Shown: positions 12,530 to 25,637, numbered from the whole stretch's first letter. The stretch is DNA of 58,429 bases, filler included, from Basidiobolus meristosporus CBS 931.73 (GCA_002104905.1; 3 parts of 3 records of this genome joined end to end with filler, not necessarily neighbours in it), one strand, 5' to 3'. Notes: generated by a model from the sequence alone, not told the origin. Numbers and translations are program-made.

Positions 12530-15500
12530 TGTTGTTAGAGTCTTGGAGATATTTGAAGTGATTTGGGAGAATAAGTAGATTATGTGGTTTTCACTCAATG
12601 ATTTATTGAATGTAAAAGTAGTATTTATACTTTTACATGATCTTGGCATATAGAACATGTAGAATAGGTTATAAAAGTCCCAAGAACATGTGTGCAAAGC
12701 TTAGGGCTGTATGGATAACTTGGAGAATTTTCATGCTATGGGTACCTGGTATTTTGGTGAAAATATTCTGAGTAAACCCCAACAAGGAATTTGGTCAGTA
12801 TTCCCTAGGATTGGAAGGTAATGATCTAAGTTACTAAGTTAGGTGAGCATTCAGGCAGAATTACAAATCTTTACAACACTCCCACTCAGCTAAATGTTTA
12901 TACTGACTAGTCCCAACTTTGACCTAAGATATTCAAACTTGTCTCTAGCTAATGGTTTAGTAAATATGTCTGCAATCATTTCATCTGTAGGACAGTAAAC
13001 TAAGCTAACTAAGTTATTCTCTATAGCTTCATATATGAAATGATGTCTAATATCTATGTGCTTAGTTCTAGCATGAAAAGTTGGATTTCTACCTAATTGT
13101 ATACATCCTTGATTATCTTGAAATAAAGTAATAGGCGTTTTTTGACATAGGCCTAAATCTGTAAACAGCTTTCTTAACCACATTGCTTCTTTTGTAGCTT
13201 CACAGGCTGCCATATACTCTGCCTCTGTGGTGGAAAGTGCTACGGTTGGTTGTTTTCTTGAAATCCATGAAATTGCTCCTTTACAGTAAAGAAAGGTGTA
13301 TCCTGTGGTGGATCTTCAGTCTTCCAAATTTTGTCCCCAATCAGCATCAGAGTATCCCACAAGATCCTGTTCTGAATCCTTATAAGTGTATCTTAAGCAG
13401 ATATCAGCAGTTCCTTTTAGGTATCTAAAAATCCGCTTAACTGCTGCAATATGATCAGATCCATAATTCTGATTATGTTGGCTGACAACTCCCACTGAAT
13501 ATGAGATATCTGGACATGTTCCAAGCATGATATACATCCGACTGCTGACCATAGATTGATAAGGAAAGTCAGGGCTTTCAGATGGTACCAAGCTCTCTTG
13601 ATTTGGTTGAGTTTTGACCAAGTTAAGGTTTGTCTCCATTGGGGTAGCTGCTGGTTTACAGTCTTCCATTTTGTACTTCTTTAGTATATCTTGAATATAC
13701 TTGGATTGGCTTAGGGTAATAGTCTGGGTACTTCTGTCTATGGAGAACTTAATCCCTAAGTAGTAACTAAGTTCTCCTAGATTGGACATCTTGAACTCCT
13801 TAGATAGGCCGGATTTAGTCTCTTCCAATGTTTCTAGGTTATTGGCGGTCATAATAAGATCATCCACATATAGAGCTTATAGAACTGGATTTGCTCTATC
13901 TGGCTTATAGTATATACTATAGTCAGCATTACTTCTTTTGAAACTCAAAGATTCCAAATATGAATCTATCTTGCAATTCCAGGCTCTTGGTGATTGTTTG
14001 AGACCATATAGTGACTTTTTAAGCTTGCAGACCAAATGGGGGTTATCTTGGTCAACAAACCCATCAGGCTGGTCCATATACACATCCTCATCAAGTTCTC
14101 CATTCAAAATGCACTTTTTACATCCATTTGATGAATAGAATACTTATATTTGGCTGCAATAGCCAATATTAATCTGATGGAATTAAACTTGGCTACCGGT
14201 GCAAAGGTCTCAGTATAGTCAGGTCATTTTGTTTGAGAGTATCCTTTGGCAACAAGTCTTGCTTTGTATCTTTCAATTGTACCATCAGCCTTGTATTTTG
14301 TCTTGAAGACCCATCTGCATCCAATTGATTTTTGGTTGATTGGTAATTTGACTAAGTCCCAAGTTTGATTTTCTATCAGTGCCTGATATTCCTCAGTCAT
14401 TGCAGATCTCCAAAACTTTGTCTGAGGGCTATTTAGGGCCTCTTTTACAGTTTGGGGCTCATCAATGTGGACTGAATAGGCATAGGCTACATTTGTACCC
14501 TCATTGACATAGTAATTTGGGCTATTTCTTGTCCAATTGGATCTCCGGGCATTTGATACTGGAATGATCACTTCTGGGATATTCCTGGGCACTGATTCTG
14601 GCTGAACCACGGTTGCAGAGTACTCTGGAGTGAAAATATTTTCATTGTTTTGCTCTGATTCAATCCTGACAATTGGTGGACTTGAGATCAAATTTTTGTC
14701 ATTGTCTGATGTCATTTTTTGTGAGAATTTTGAATTTTCTGAAACAACACATCCCTGGACTTGATCAGCTTCTTTGCTTTGGTATTGTAGAGTCTGTATG
14801 CCTTACTCTCATTGCAGTAGCCCAAAAATATGCATTTTACACTTTTTGGCTCAAATTTTGACTGATTTCCAGCCAGTTTTTTGGCATATGCTGTACACCC
14901 AAATATTCTTTGATGTTCTGCACTTGGTCTGTATCCATACCATGCTTCAAATGGAGTAGAATCACAAAGTATTCTGTTATAACTCCTATTTTTAAGGTAT
15001 AAAGCAGTGGCAACTGATTCTGCCCAAAAATCATAGGATAATTTTTGATCGTGGATCATAGATCTTGCCATATCAATTATTGATCTGTTAGCTTGTTCTG
15101 CTACTCCATTTTGCTGTGGGGAGTATGGTACAGTAGTCTCTTGCTTTATCCCATGAATTTTGCAGAAGTGGATGAAGAGCTTTGAAGTATATTCTCCACC
15201 ATTGTCAGAGCGTATTTTCTTGATTTTTTTCACCAGTTTCTCTCTCCACCATGGCTTTAAACTCCCTGAGCTTAGACAGAGCTTCTTCATTTCTCTCCAT
15301 GAAGTAGACCCATGTGTATCTTGTATAATTATCAATAAAAGTGATTAAATACTTCATCCCGCTCAAGGATAAATTTTGCATAGGTCCACACAGATCTGAG
15401 TGAATTAGATCTAATTTTTTCTTAGTTTTGATTAACCCAGAGCTCTTGAACAGTTGTCTGGCTTGTTTCCCATATATGCAGGCTTCACAGTGCTCCAAAT

Positions 15501-16203
15501 TAGCTGGGGGATCAATTTTCACTCCAGAAATTAGCTAATCTTTGATCATTTTACGCAAATAATCAAAATCAATGTGTCCAAATCTCCTGTGCCAAAGCAT
15601 TGGTGTTTCTTCATTTAAGTTACTTATATTGGCTTCCAGGTATGATGGAATATAAGTCAACTTGTATAGATTCTGATCTCTGATGCCCAAAGCAATATGG
15701 GCACCACTTTGATCAGTGATCCTGCATCCAGAATTGTCAAAACTGAAACTGAGTCCTTCTGCTGTGGCCTTGCTTACAGAGAGTAGGTTCTTGGCTATTT
15801 CTGGTACATAGAGTACTTCTTTAAAGGTCAGTATATGGCTTCCTTCACTGCTTCTTAGGTTTACTTGGATAGTTCCTTCTCCATCTGCATCAAGTGTTCT
15901 ATTGTCACCCATGAAAACCTTCTTAATTGGAATTTCTTGATATTGGGTAAAAAGTTCTTTTTGGTGTGTAAAGTGTTGAGAAGCTCCAGAGTCAATATAC
16001 CACATCTGAGAATCCTTGTATGTGGTCATATTTAGTGCAGATATGAATAGTCTATCTTCAGTTGTTGCAGCATTTCCATATTCAGGCTTCTTTTGCTGAT
16101 TATCTTTCTTTTTGAGACACCAGTCTGATGTGTGTCCTTTCCTTTTGCAGCAGTTACAAAATAGGTTGCTGTTGCCTTTGTAGGGTCTTGGGTACCTCCT
16201 CTG
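12530..16203 (-). mobile_element. Degenerate Ty1/Copia element (3' LTR 12530-12878, PPT, RH-RT-IN-PR, gag zinc knuckle); 5' part interrupted
   Basis: LTR TGTTG...TTACAACA and PPT GAGTGGGAG. Fragmented ORFs carry WYIDSGAS, HSDLCGP, RSDNGGEY, RYKARLVAKGY and [10 protein letters not shown], and are near-identical to 44487-49154. Confidence 0.95.
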
Positions 16204-16579
16204 TGTTGTAAGAGTCTTGGAGATATTGGAAGTGATTGGGAGAACAAGTAGATTATGTGGTTTTCACTTAATGATATATTGAATGTAAAAGTAGTATTTA
16301 TACTGTTACCTGGTCTTGGCATTACAAACACGTAGAATAGGTTAAAGAAGGTCCCAAGAACATGTGTGCAAAGTTTGGGGCTGTTTAGACAGCTTTGAGA
16401 ATTTTCATGTTCTGGGTACCTGGTATTTTGGTGAAAATATTCTAAGTAAATCCTGACAAGGAATTTGGTCAGTATTCTCTAGGATTTGAAGGTGATGATC
16501 TAAGTGACTAAGTTAGGTGAATATTTAGGTGGAATTAAAAATTTTTACAACACTCCCACTCAGCTAAATGTTCATACTG
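16204..16579 (-). mobile_element. 3' LTR (16204-16552), PPT and RNase H end of a second Copia copy
   Basis: 349-bp LTR followed by ctcccactcagctaaatgttcatactg, identical to 44819-44845, which marks it as a 3' LTR. Runs into the contig end. Confidence 0.9.
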
Positions 16580-16679
16580 NNNNNNNNNNNNNNNNNNNNN
16601 NNNNNNNNNNNNNNNNNNNNNNNTTAATTAATTAANNNNNNNNNNNNNNNNNNNNNNNNNNNNNNNNNNNNNNNNNNNN
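16580..16679. other. Artificial contig linker
   Basis: 44 N + TTAATTAATTAA (stops in all six frames) + 44 N. Confidence 0.98.
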
Positions 16680-16761
16680 TTCTGCAAGCAAGGATAGGTA
16701 GTTGGCAAAGTCTTGTGTCTGTGATACTGAAGCTTTGGCTGGCAGGATTGTAAATGGCCAA

Positions 16762-16966
16762 AGGGTTAGGGGGAAGAGGGGAAGACAGTCACCAACAGGT
16801 GAAATCTTTATTTCAGTTGAAACAATGAAGCCTTAGGGTTAGGGGGGGGGAGACAGTCACCAACAGGTGAAATCTTTATTTCAGTTAAACAAAGAAGCCA
16901 GTGCTTAGGGGGAGACAGTCACCAACAGGTGAAATCTTTATTTCAGTTGAAACAAAGAAGCCAGTG
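16762..16966 (-). repeat. Three tandem ~65-70 bp retroelement 3'-end units, each beginning with a TTAGGG seed
   Basis: Units begin at 16762 (AGGGTTAGGGGG), 16833 (TTAGGGTTAGGGGGGGGG) and 16905 (TTAGGGGG); each continues GACAGTCACCAACAGGTGAAATCTTTATTTCAGTT...GAAGCC. Confidence 0.95.
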
Positions 16967-17798
16967 CTACTGTTGTAGCTTTGATACCAGAGTGTGTAGC
17001 TGAGGGGAATTTGTAGGTAAGTTAATATGAAGTGATGATAGTTCTTCAGTGCTCAAGACACTGTTCAGTGGGAAGGGGGGTAGCAAGAGAGGTAAGAATG
17101 ACTTGTGAACAACATTAATGAGGGGAATATGATAAGGATTGATATTCATCATAAGGGAGTGTGCTGCTGCAGATATTGCTGCCAAAGGTCTGTCAAGTAC
17201 TTCAGGTAGGCCAGCTTGGGTTTTTCTGACTGCAGAATAAATTCAGCAAACTTCTTGACTTCAGGATCTCCAAGTATAGTTCTCCAGCAGGAGTCAGGTG
17301 TTGGGTGGTGTGTTCTCTTCCAGGCCTTAATCAGTGGGTTGTTGCAGTTGTGAAGTCTGAGGTATAATCTGGTTCTAAGGTAGAGAAGTCTGATCTTATA
17401 GGGCATAAACCCAAAAGCACCAAGAATAGCATGTCTGTAGGGGCATTCAGGCAAATGAGGCACCAAGGAGGTAATGCACCATACTGCAAACTTGTCAAGC
17501 TTAGTGCAGTCTCTAGAAGTAAGAGAGAGAAGTGGTAAGCCAAATACCAGGACAGGGAAGACAAACTGCTTGAGTAGAAGGAGGCAGCTGGGGGCTGAAG
17601 TTGTAGGAGGAGTAACAGCCAGTAGCTTGTGGAGTGCCTGTCTTGCCAGGATAATTCTCTTCTTCAGGTGTGCTCCAGAGTCTAGTCCAGTAGGAAGGAA
17701 AGGAAAGCCAAGATATGTAGCAGAAACCTGAGCAGGTAGAGTGGAGTTCTCCAAGTTGATGGGAGAGCCCAAAGGTACTGTCTTTGCAATGGAAAGCT
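16905..17798 (-). mobile_element. 5'-truncated copy of the telomeric LINE-type RT element (subfamily A), with a frameshift
   Basis: Near-identical to 39467-40358. Identity ends at ggaaagct, followed by TAGGG. A 1-bp deletion splits ORFs 17149-17772 and 16967-17185. Confidence 0.93.
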
Positions 17799-18944
17799 TA
17801 GGGTATAGGAGTTGTGGTAAGGGCTACAAAGGGTAAGAAAGCAGGGGGTCTGGGGGACGCAGTCACCCAGATAATAAAATAAGCAGGGGGTATGGGGGAT
17901 GCAATCCCCCATACTGCTCTTTCTTTATTAAGATTCCTTTCAATTTCCTCTGTTTTCTTTACTTTAATTTTATCCTAACCCTTCCTAACCCTAAACACTT
18001 TTTTTTCATTTTTCATTTTTTATTCAAATTACCATAAATATTGAAACTTATTCTTTGCTCACTGAGTATTCTTACTATCTCACCGTTGATTGTTATCCTT
18101 TTAGCCCTTTATCAATATTGAAATAAAAAAATTGCAAATCAATTATCCTATAAATTTTAGACCAAATATATAGATTTGAAGAATTATTAACTTTATATCA
18201 TTGCTAAAGTCTAGCTCTTTGCTAATGCATATTTATTTATGTTATAACTTACTTAAGACATGTATCATCATATAGCAAGTAAAATATTTATTAATAAAGT
18301 TATATATATCATGATAAAATTTATTACAAAAATAAGGAACTCTCTGATATTCATAGCCTAATTAACTTTTATACACTCTTCAATATTATTGTTTTTAAAT
18401 ATTTAGAATACAAGCAATTTTTAAACCTCTTAATATATCTACTAATAAAAGTATTTCATATATCAAAACTTGAAAATAAATATATTCACAAGAACAATGT
18501 TTATATATTGAAAATATCATAAAAAGTTATAATAAATCGTACCAATAGTTATTCTGCTCAATAGTGGTCATTATTAGTTTTGGGCAACATATATCACGCA
18601 TGACTAATGTTACTCATGGATTGATGAATCAAGTTAAATCCCAGTAGCCCAATTTAAAAATATTTCCTATGATTTTATTGTGAAAAATGACCGCATAATA
18701 TAAAGTAATTATGATATTTTTGATATCCAGAGTATGATAATATAAGTTGGTAGAATTACATACCTGTAACACATTTAACCTGCGCATCATACACAGCCTG
18801 GAGAATATCATTTGATTTTTTATAGATATACCAGCTACACAAAACACATGTTGCAGAGTAACAACTGTGTGGCATTCAAGTGTACAAGAAATCTTGCACC
18901 ATGAACAAACAGAAAATTGAGAGCACATCTAATCTGCATTGCAT
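17799..18944. repeat. Module B, copy 1: G-rich telomere-like start, double GCA hairpin, C-strand telomere-like tract, AT-rich body
   Basis: 1146-bp near-identical duplicate of 38321-39466. This copy continues into unique sequence. Confidence 0.93.
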
Positions 18945-19525
18945 AGGTAACTCCAGAGTCAACCAACAAATTAGTTTGGTGATTATGCCTCTTTGACAGC
19001 TAAATCAAATGATTGGGTGTTATAAGAGTTGAAAAAAAACAAGTGTGCAGTGCTAAACTGCTTCAGAAAATCATAACCATGTTCAACATTTATGAATGGA
19101 GTGATTTATATATAACAGAGTGGTTGATAAAGTATTTATTATACTTCTGGGTGGCAGAGGGATAGCTAAAATAATAAATATTATATTGTAGATACATCAG
19201 ATAGTTTGCAGATAGATGAATCAGCAATTGACATTGAAAAATTTACAATTGAATGTGGAGTATTATATTAAGAATAAAGTTGGTTTAAAGTAGTGGTGAT
19301 AATAGTTCAGATTAAAACAAATATTTGAAATTGTTGGAGTATCAGTCATAGTTGACTAGAAAATAAAGAAATATCTATAATAAGCAGGGTTAGCCAGATT
19401 CATATGAGGCAAAGTAGACTTTGACGTTATTCAGTGATTAAAAGCTTAGTAAAGTAGTATAAACAAGGTTCATAGTAAAATTCTGAAGATAGAAAACAAT
19501 CAGCCAAGATAATACATATCAAGAT

Positions 19526-19993
19526 ATGAGCCAAAGAGTACAAGATTGTTATGCAAATCTCCCTACACATAGAGGAGATTTGCTCTTTAAGAATAGTATT
19601 ACATGGAAATCAGCCTCTAGTGGTAAAGCACCTGAAAAGAAATCAAATAGCGCTTGTAGTGATGTAACTACAAATGAAGAAACAGATACTACTACTGCAA
19701 AATTAACCTTTGGAAGTATAACGCACTTACAAGAGGTCCAGAGAAGAGGGGCAGAGCAATTGGTTCATCTTCAAAGACAGAGGACAATAGCAATTGAAAA
19801 GTTTTGTTCTCATCTACAACTGGATCAAACCATGCCACATTACCAAGTTCTTCAGGTTGCCTACTTAGATTATGAACAGATGAAGAACAATGAGGCAGAG
19901 GCTGATAAATTAACAGCTGATCAGTTGAATGATTTGATTAAGCAGGCAGAAGAAATGTCTTGCAATTGCAATGATAGTCCTTCCACAGGTTAG
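19526..19993 (+). CDS. Hypothetical protein (155 aa)
   Basis: ATG-initiated ORF in AT-rich context; no recognisable motif. Confidence 0.3.
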   Translation: MSQRVQDCYANLPTHRGDLLFKNSITWKSASSGKAPEKKSNSACSDVTTNEETDTTTAKLTFGSITHLQEVQRRGAEQLVHLQRQRTIAIEKFCSHLQLDQTMPHYQVLQVAYLDYEQMKNNEAEADKLTADQLNDLIKQAEEMSCNCNDSPSTG

Positions 19994-20253
19994 TATTTAG
20001 TGTCAGTTGTCATTACATATAGGTATTTATATATGTTGTTTATTTTAAAATAAAGAGAGTTAGCTCATCCAATCATAAACTAATTCTACAATATTGATAT
20101 AAAATAAATGTTTCACCAAAGCTTTAGTGTAAACCAAAATTAAACTTGTAGTGATAAATAATTAAAGAGTAAAACTCATGCTCTATTACATTTATAAAAA
20201 ATAAGTAGTGGTCAAGCAAAAGGAAGGATGGAAATTACTTGTTTCCATAAAAT

Positions 20254-20676
20254 ATGGATAAAAGATCATCAGAAGCAGAAAATACTGTTACGGCTGATTT
20301 AACTCAATGTAGGAGACAAAGAAGAACCAACAGAAGGCAGAGGCCTGAAGAAAGAGGAGAAGATCAAGCAGACAATTCCTGGGAAGTAAATGAAGAAGTA
20401 GTGAAAGTTACCCCTAAACAGTGTTGGAGTAATCCAGTTGTGGAGGCTTTGGCTATGGTGCAAACAGAGCTTCCTGAATACTCATCCACTTCACACCACA
20501 AAATATTGCAAAGTATGTGCCAAAAGATTATTACAATGCAACATACAATAGACAATCTGAAAAAAAAGAATGATGGACTCCAAATGCAAATCAAATATAA
20601 TTTCCACCACTCAACACAAGCATTAATAGCAGAAATGTTATTGAGTCTTTTAAGGAGCAGTACTCTGCAGGGGTGA
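20254..20676 (+). CDS. Hypothetical protein (140 aa, coiled-coil-like)
   Basis: ATG-initiated ORF; heptad-like QKIITMQHTIDNLKKKNDGLQMQI. Confidence 0.3.
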   Translation: MDKRSSEAENTVTADLTQCRRQRRTNRRQRPEERGEDQADNSWEVNEEVVKVTPKQCWSNPVVEALAMVQTELPEYSSTSHHKILQSMCQKIITMQHTIDNLKKKNDGLQMQIKYNFHHSTQALIAEMLLSLLRSSTLQG

Positions 20677-21279
20677 TTGATGTCAAAACCCTCAGTTGAA
20701 GGCGTTTTACTGATACAACTGCACCAGTTACACCATCTACAAGCAGTCAAGCAGAGAGACCATCAACCACCAATGAAGATGAAGAACAGAGTGTTACTTG
20801 TGGTGTGCATCCAGATGAAGATATTGTAGATAGTATCAGTGAATCACACTCTTCAATTACTTCATGTAAAAGGCCACAATTACAGCCCCACCTACAGAAA
20901 TACCAGTTTCAGGTACATCAATGCCACCATTGCTGCCACCACTACCACTACCACCGCCATCAACAATATCTTGAAGAAGTCAGATAAATAAAATCAATGA
21001 TTCCTTTGTGTATTATGCAGAGTTTAATTGATATATTAATAAAGTATGCTTAGTGCATTATCTACTTGACTAATATTTAACTAGCCAGTTGTAGACTATA
21101 ATGGATAAACTTGAGGCAAGCCACAAAGATGGTTACCCTGTTCATCATGACAACAATAGATATGATGACCGGAGAAAATGATTACACACCGTATCAACAA
21201 TGTCTTGGTTTATATCTGGCAGGAGTAATATCCGTTACTAGGCGCAGTTATTCTTTGGTGATGTCACACCTTCACTAAG

Positions 21280-22131
21280 AGACATCTTTTTATATGGTGG
21301 ATATCTTGTAGAGCACTTGAGAGATTTATAATTGGAGGGTCACCATAGTAATAGTGGTAGGAGAAGTACCAGTGCCAGTAGCCAAAATTTCTCTATAACA
21401 GGAATTTTTGGCAAACTTGACTCTGGCATTTTGAGAATTAGAATGACTGATTTTAGAATACTGAAGATGCTAGAACCAGTACCCTAATGGACAGCAAAAT
21501 AGTCAACCTATTTTTTCTGCAGGATACTATTACTAGAATGAGAGTCACAGGAAGACTTCTTCTTGGTAATAGTTGCGCAAGTGATCACAAGAATCTTTAT
21601 GTATTTGGTGGCTTTGAGGTAGAGAACAAAATTTCCAACCCAACAACTAACAAAAGTGTAGATGGAGAAAATATCAAAGCAGCAGCAACTATTCATTGTA
21701 AAGATAATTTCAATTGTAAATATCCAAGTAAGCTACAAGTTATTTGTTACATGGATGCTGATCAGAATTGGAGAATGTGTAGTAGTAGTACCCTTCAAAC
21801 TAAACCATTCATGGGGAACCCCAAAAACATGCCAACCCAACAAGCCTGGGCAATTCTAACATATGCATACAATTGCTTATTTCTACTTGGTGGATATGCC
21901 ATTTCCAACACAAAAATACCTTTATTCCCACCAGAGGATACCCCCTTTTTAAATGAGTTTTATTGCTTGAGGCTATGCACTGGGACTTACAAGGAACTCT
22001 ATATTCACTCCACAATTCAAAAGGAGTTACTAGGGGATGCTACTTTGGTTGTCAATGAATCTGGAAATCTAATTCATTACATCAACAAGGAAAACGTTGC
22101 TTTTATGTATGACATTGATAATAGAATATGA
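21280..22131 (+). pseudogene. Kelch-repeat protein remnant
   Basis: Three Kelch-type GG motifs: DIFLYGGY (~21281), NLYVFGGF and CLFLLGGY (in ORF 21487-22131); frame breaks upstream. Confidence 0.6.
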
Positions 22132-22215
22132 ATTTATCCACCTGACCCAGCACAACATATTACTACCTAGCAACTTCTGGGACAAATAATCAATTAGTCA
22201 GCTGGAGTACCACTC

Positions 22216-23927
22216 ATGAGTATGGATGGAAGAAACAATAATTTACTTAGACAGAGTGCTGAGATTCTCAAAGTTCCTTTTAAGAATCATCAAATCTTTG
22301 GTGTGCATTGGCTTAAATACACAGAAATACTTCATAATGGAGTGCTGCCTGCAGATTCCATGGGGTTGGGGAAAACTCTAGAGATATTGAGCTTGATTGT
22401 GGAAACACCTATGCAACAACCAAATCTCATTATTGTTCTATTATCATTACTATTGAATTGGCTAGAAGAAATCAAGAGCAAAGCACAAATATCAATTCAT
22501 GAGATACATGTGTTCCATGGGAAATATTGAGCCATATGTATGGTTGATATGAAGGCCAAATGGATTGTCCTCACTACCTATCATACGCTTTGTATAGAAG
22601 CAAAGAACACTGGATCACCTATCTGGAAGCTGGAATTTGGTTGAGTGTAGCTGATGAAGCAGATATACTGAAGTACTATTCTGGTGGAAGCACAAACACA
22701 ATAGCCAAGGTGAATGAAAAGTCCTTGATTCTTATCACTGTGACCCCTTCTCAAAATGATCTTATGGATATATACTTGTACTTTATTCTCTTTGGTCTAT
22801 GGGAAGGCACTCCAGAGAATTTTCAATGACTATTGAGTGAGGAGAAGAATGCTAATAGGCTTGTTGACTGGGTGGTGAAAAGATTAGGCCATATAGTTTT
22901 GAGACAAGTACCAGAGTCTCAACTTTTTGGAGAGAGAGCAGTATAAATGATTGATATACAAGAGCGGATTATTCTGTGTCAATTTTCCCTGGAAGAACAA
23001 AAGAAATATACTGCACTACTAGGAGAACTGCCAAATGACATTGGTAAGATGGGAGCTAATACATATTTGCACCTATTTTCATGTCACCCATTGATGTATA
23101 CCTGGAGCAGAGAGAAGAATATTAATTTGCAATGAATGAATACTATTGACAGGGAAGAGGATGATGTAGAAGCTGTTTCTGCTGGTATTCTTGATGAGAT
23201 AAGTACATTACTAGGTAGTGGAGAAGAAGAAGAAGAAGAAGCAGTAGCAAGTACATCTAATTCTAACCCCTCTTCATTGTTGCCCAAAATGACTTCTGAG
23301 CAAGTGGAAATAGATCACGCCGTTGATAACAATAATGCCACTCCCAATGAAGGTATACTTATAACAAACACCCAGCAAAGAGGCAATACTACAGAGGGGT
23401 TAGATTTGGAACAAGTCTTTATGGAGGATTTTATTTCTGGTGTTGCTAATAACACAGTTAACAAACATAGTGTAAAGACACAGTAAGTGATTGATATCCT
23501 GCAAAAGGAGATACTTGCTAATGGGGAGCACAATTGGGTTGTCATATTTGCCTCTTTTAATCTGATGCTTGATTTAATTGCATATTATTTGATGAGAAAT
23601 TCAATCCCTTTCCTTACTATAACTGGATATACTCCAGTACAAGCTCAAAAAAGCAATCTCAAACAATTTGCACCACCAGTTCCAGAGAATGGAATCCAGG
23701 TTTTATTAATGAACCTTAAATGTGATGCATTTGGGTTGAATTTACAGATGGTGTCAGTGGCAATCTTCACTGATAACTGGCAGAATCTATTTGTTGAAGC
23801 CCAAGCAAAAGCTTGTGTATGGAGAATGAATCAGCCAAAGGATGTAGTCAGTTACCAGCTGATAAAGCAGGATTCAATTGAGTCCCAAGGACTTATTGAC
23901 AGTCAAACCCAAAAGCTTAACTTATAG
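22216..23927 (+). pseudogene. SNF2-family (SF2) helicase/ATPase, disrupted
   Basis: GVLPADSMGLGKTLEILSLI (motif I), LLLNWLEEI (Ia), VADEADIL (DEAH-like), VVIFASF..MLDLI (IV), VLLMNLKCDAFGLNL (V), EAQAKACVWRMNQ (VI), split over several ORFs. Confidence 0.85.
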
Positions 23928-25637
23928 ACTAGAATGAGCAATACAATTGTTGATGAATCTTCCAAAGTTCCTATTTCTTTGAACCTTCAACAGCAAGATG
24001 ACATGTATGTAAGTCAATTATGTGGAGTACAGGATAAAGATGAAGACAAGGATACTGCAGCAGCTACTAGCACACCCTGTGACAATATTATAGATGATGA
24101 TGATGATGATTTGAAGAAGAAAAGAAAAGGAAAGGGAAAGGAGAAGGTTGTTGAATTGGATAGCAGTGCAGTAATAATAGTGTCTATATTGGGTTTCCTA
24201 TATGGAATGTGCTAAATATTACTAGTTGCTTGATTGAACTTGTATTAAGACTGCGTAATATAAATAAAGTAACTGAGTTGATTGCAATGTATACATGAAT
24301 ATAATATTTTTATTATGTGCAATAGTAACAAACAATTTAATATTTACAGATTACAGTCTTAATGATAGTTGAAATGATACTCGTGAAAATCTGTTGTGTT
24401 AGATGCCATGCAGGCTCAGAGTAAATAGGTTTGTCATGAATACTTATTTAGGGGAAATTGAAGCAAAATCAATCTTAGTATTAGGTGTTGTCAATATGAT
24501 TTGATGGGCAAATAAATACACTTGAAACCAAACGGAGTTGATTCATTATAAAATTTCATTGAATCAAATTTACTCCTGATCACCATGCTGTATTATGGCA
24601 ACAGACTTTAGACTTGGATAGAGTACTCTAAATCTTCAAGATATTACCAAGATATATATCCCATTAAACTTGTTTTAGGTTTTAATCCTTTACCTGTCCA
24701 AAGAACCTAGTGGTTATTACACTGAATAGTTTTACACATACAAACAATAATGAACTGCCAAAAAGAAATAGGTAAGAATCTATATTCATGATTTCAACAA
24801 TAAATACAAACAGAAGAAATTGGGAGAAATTCGCATGTTTTATTAATCTAATACTATTGTAGCTAATGTAACTAAGAATTCAAGAAAAATAAGGAGAAAA
24901 GGCAAAAAAAAGGTGCGTAGAGGTAGAGGGTGCAGAGGAGGAGGAGGAGGAGAAGGAAGGCATACAAAACCCCAGAAGAATCTCACAAAATTGGCAGAGG
25001 CGCCAGAGGAAGTACATAACAGAATCAACGAGAGTGAAAGCAATCAAGTAATCCTTATTCAAGCAGTCAACAGCTTTGCCTTGGCATTAGAACAAGCCAG
25101 TATTGGTGTTAGTAGATCAGCAGGGAATTTTGTGCAAGACAGGGATGCTAAGTGTAAAGTAATCCAATCGCAGCGTAATCTACCTTCCTCTTATCCGTTG
25201 AATAACCAACCGAAGAAGAGGATGAGCAATATAGAAGATAATGGAGAACAAAATACTTCATCAGTTTCTAAAGGTAAAGTAGCATCTATTACATTAATCT
25301 ACAAAGTTGCCAAGAATGCTAATTACGTAACAAATTGCTAATTGATATATCCTTAGTTGCTACATATGCTACCACTGCTACAATATCAAATGAGAAGACT
25401 GCTGCTGCTACCGGTATTTTTCAAAAAACTATTCTTTTGATTGTAAAACCAAAATGCTCATTCTAATGAGATAATTTTCAAAAAGCAATTGATATTTATG
25501 AGACTCTGAGCAGCGAGAGTGATGAAGATAATGATACTCATTGCTTAACAAGGAAGGAAGGAACTGGTCATGATGATAGTTTCCATACTACTGCCGATTG
25601 TGATGAAAGTGACGGTGTTTGCAATAATCAGAGCTCT

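Noticed and set aside
16580-16679. TTAATTAATTAA palindrome as a biological site
   Set aside because: Identical 44N-12mer-44N spacer occurs twice; it is a six-frame-stop assembly linker.
16762-16966. CRISPR-like array
   Set aside because: Eukaryotic DNA, no unique spacers, no cas genes; the units are retroelement 3' ends.
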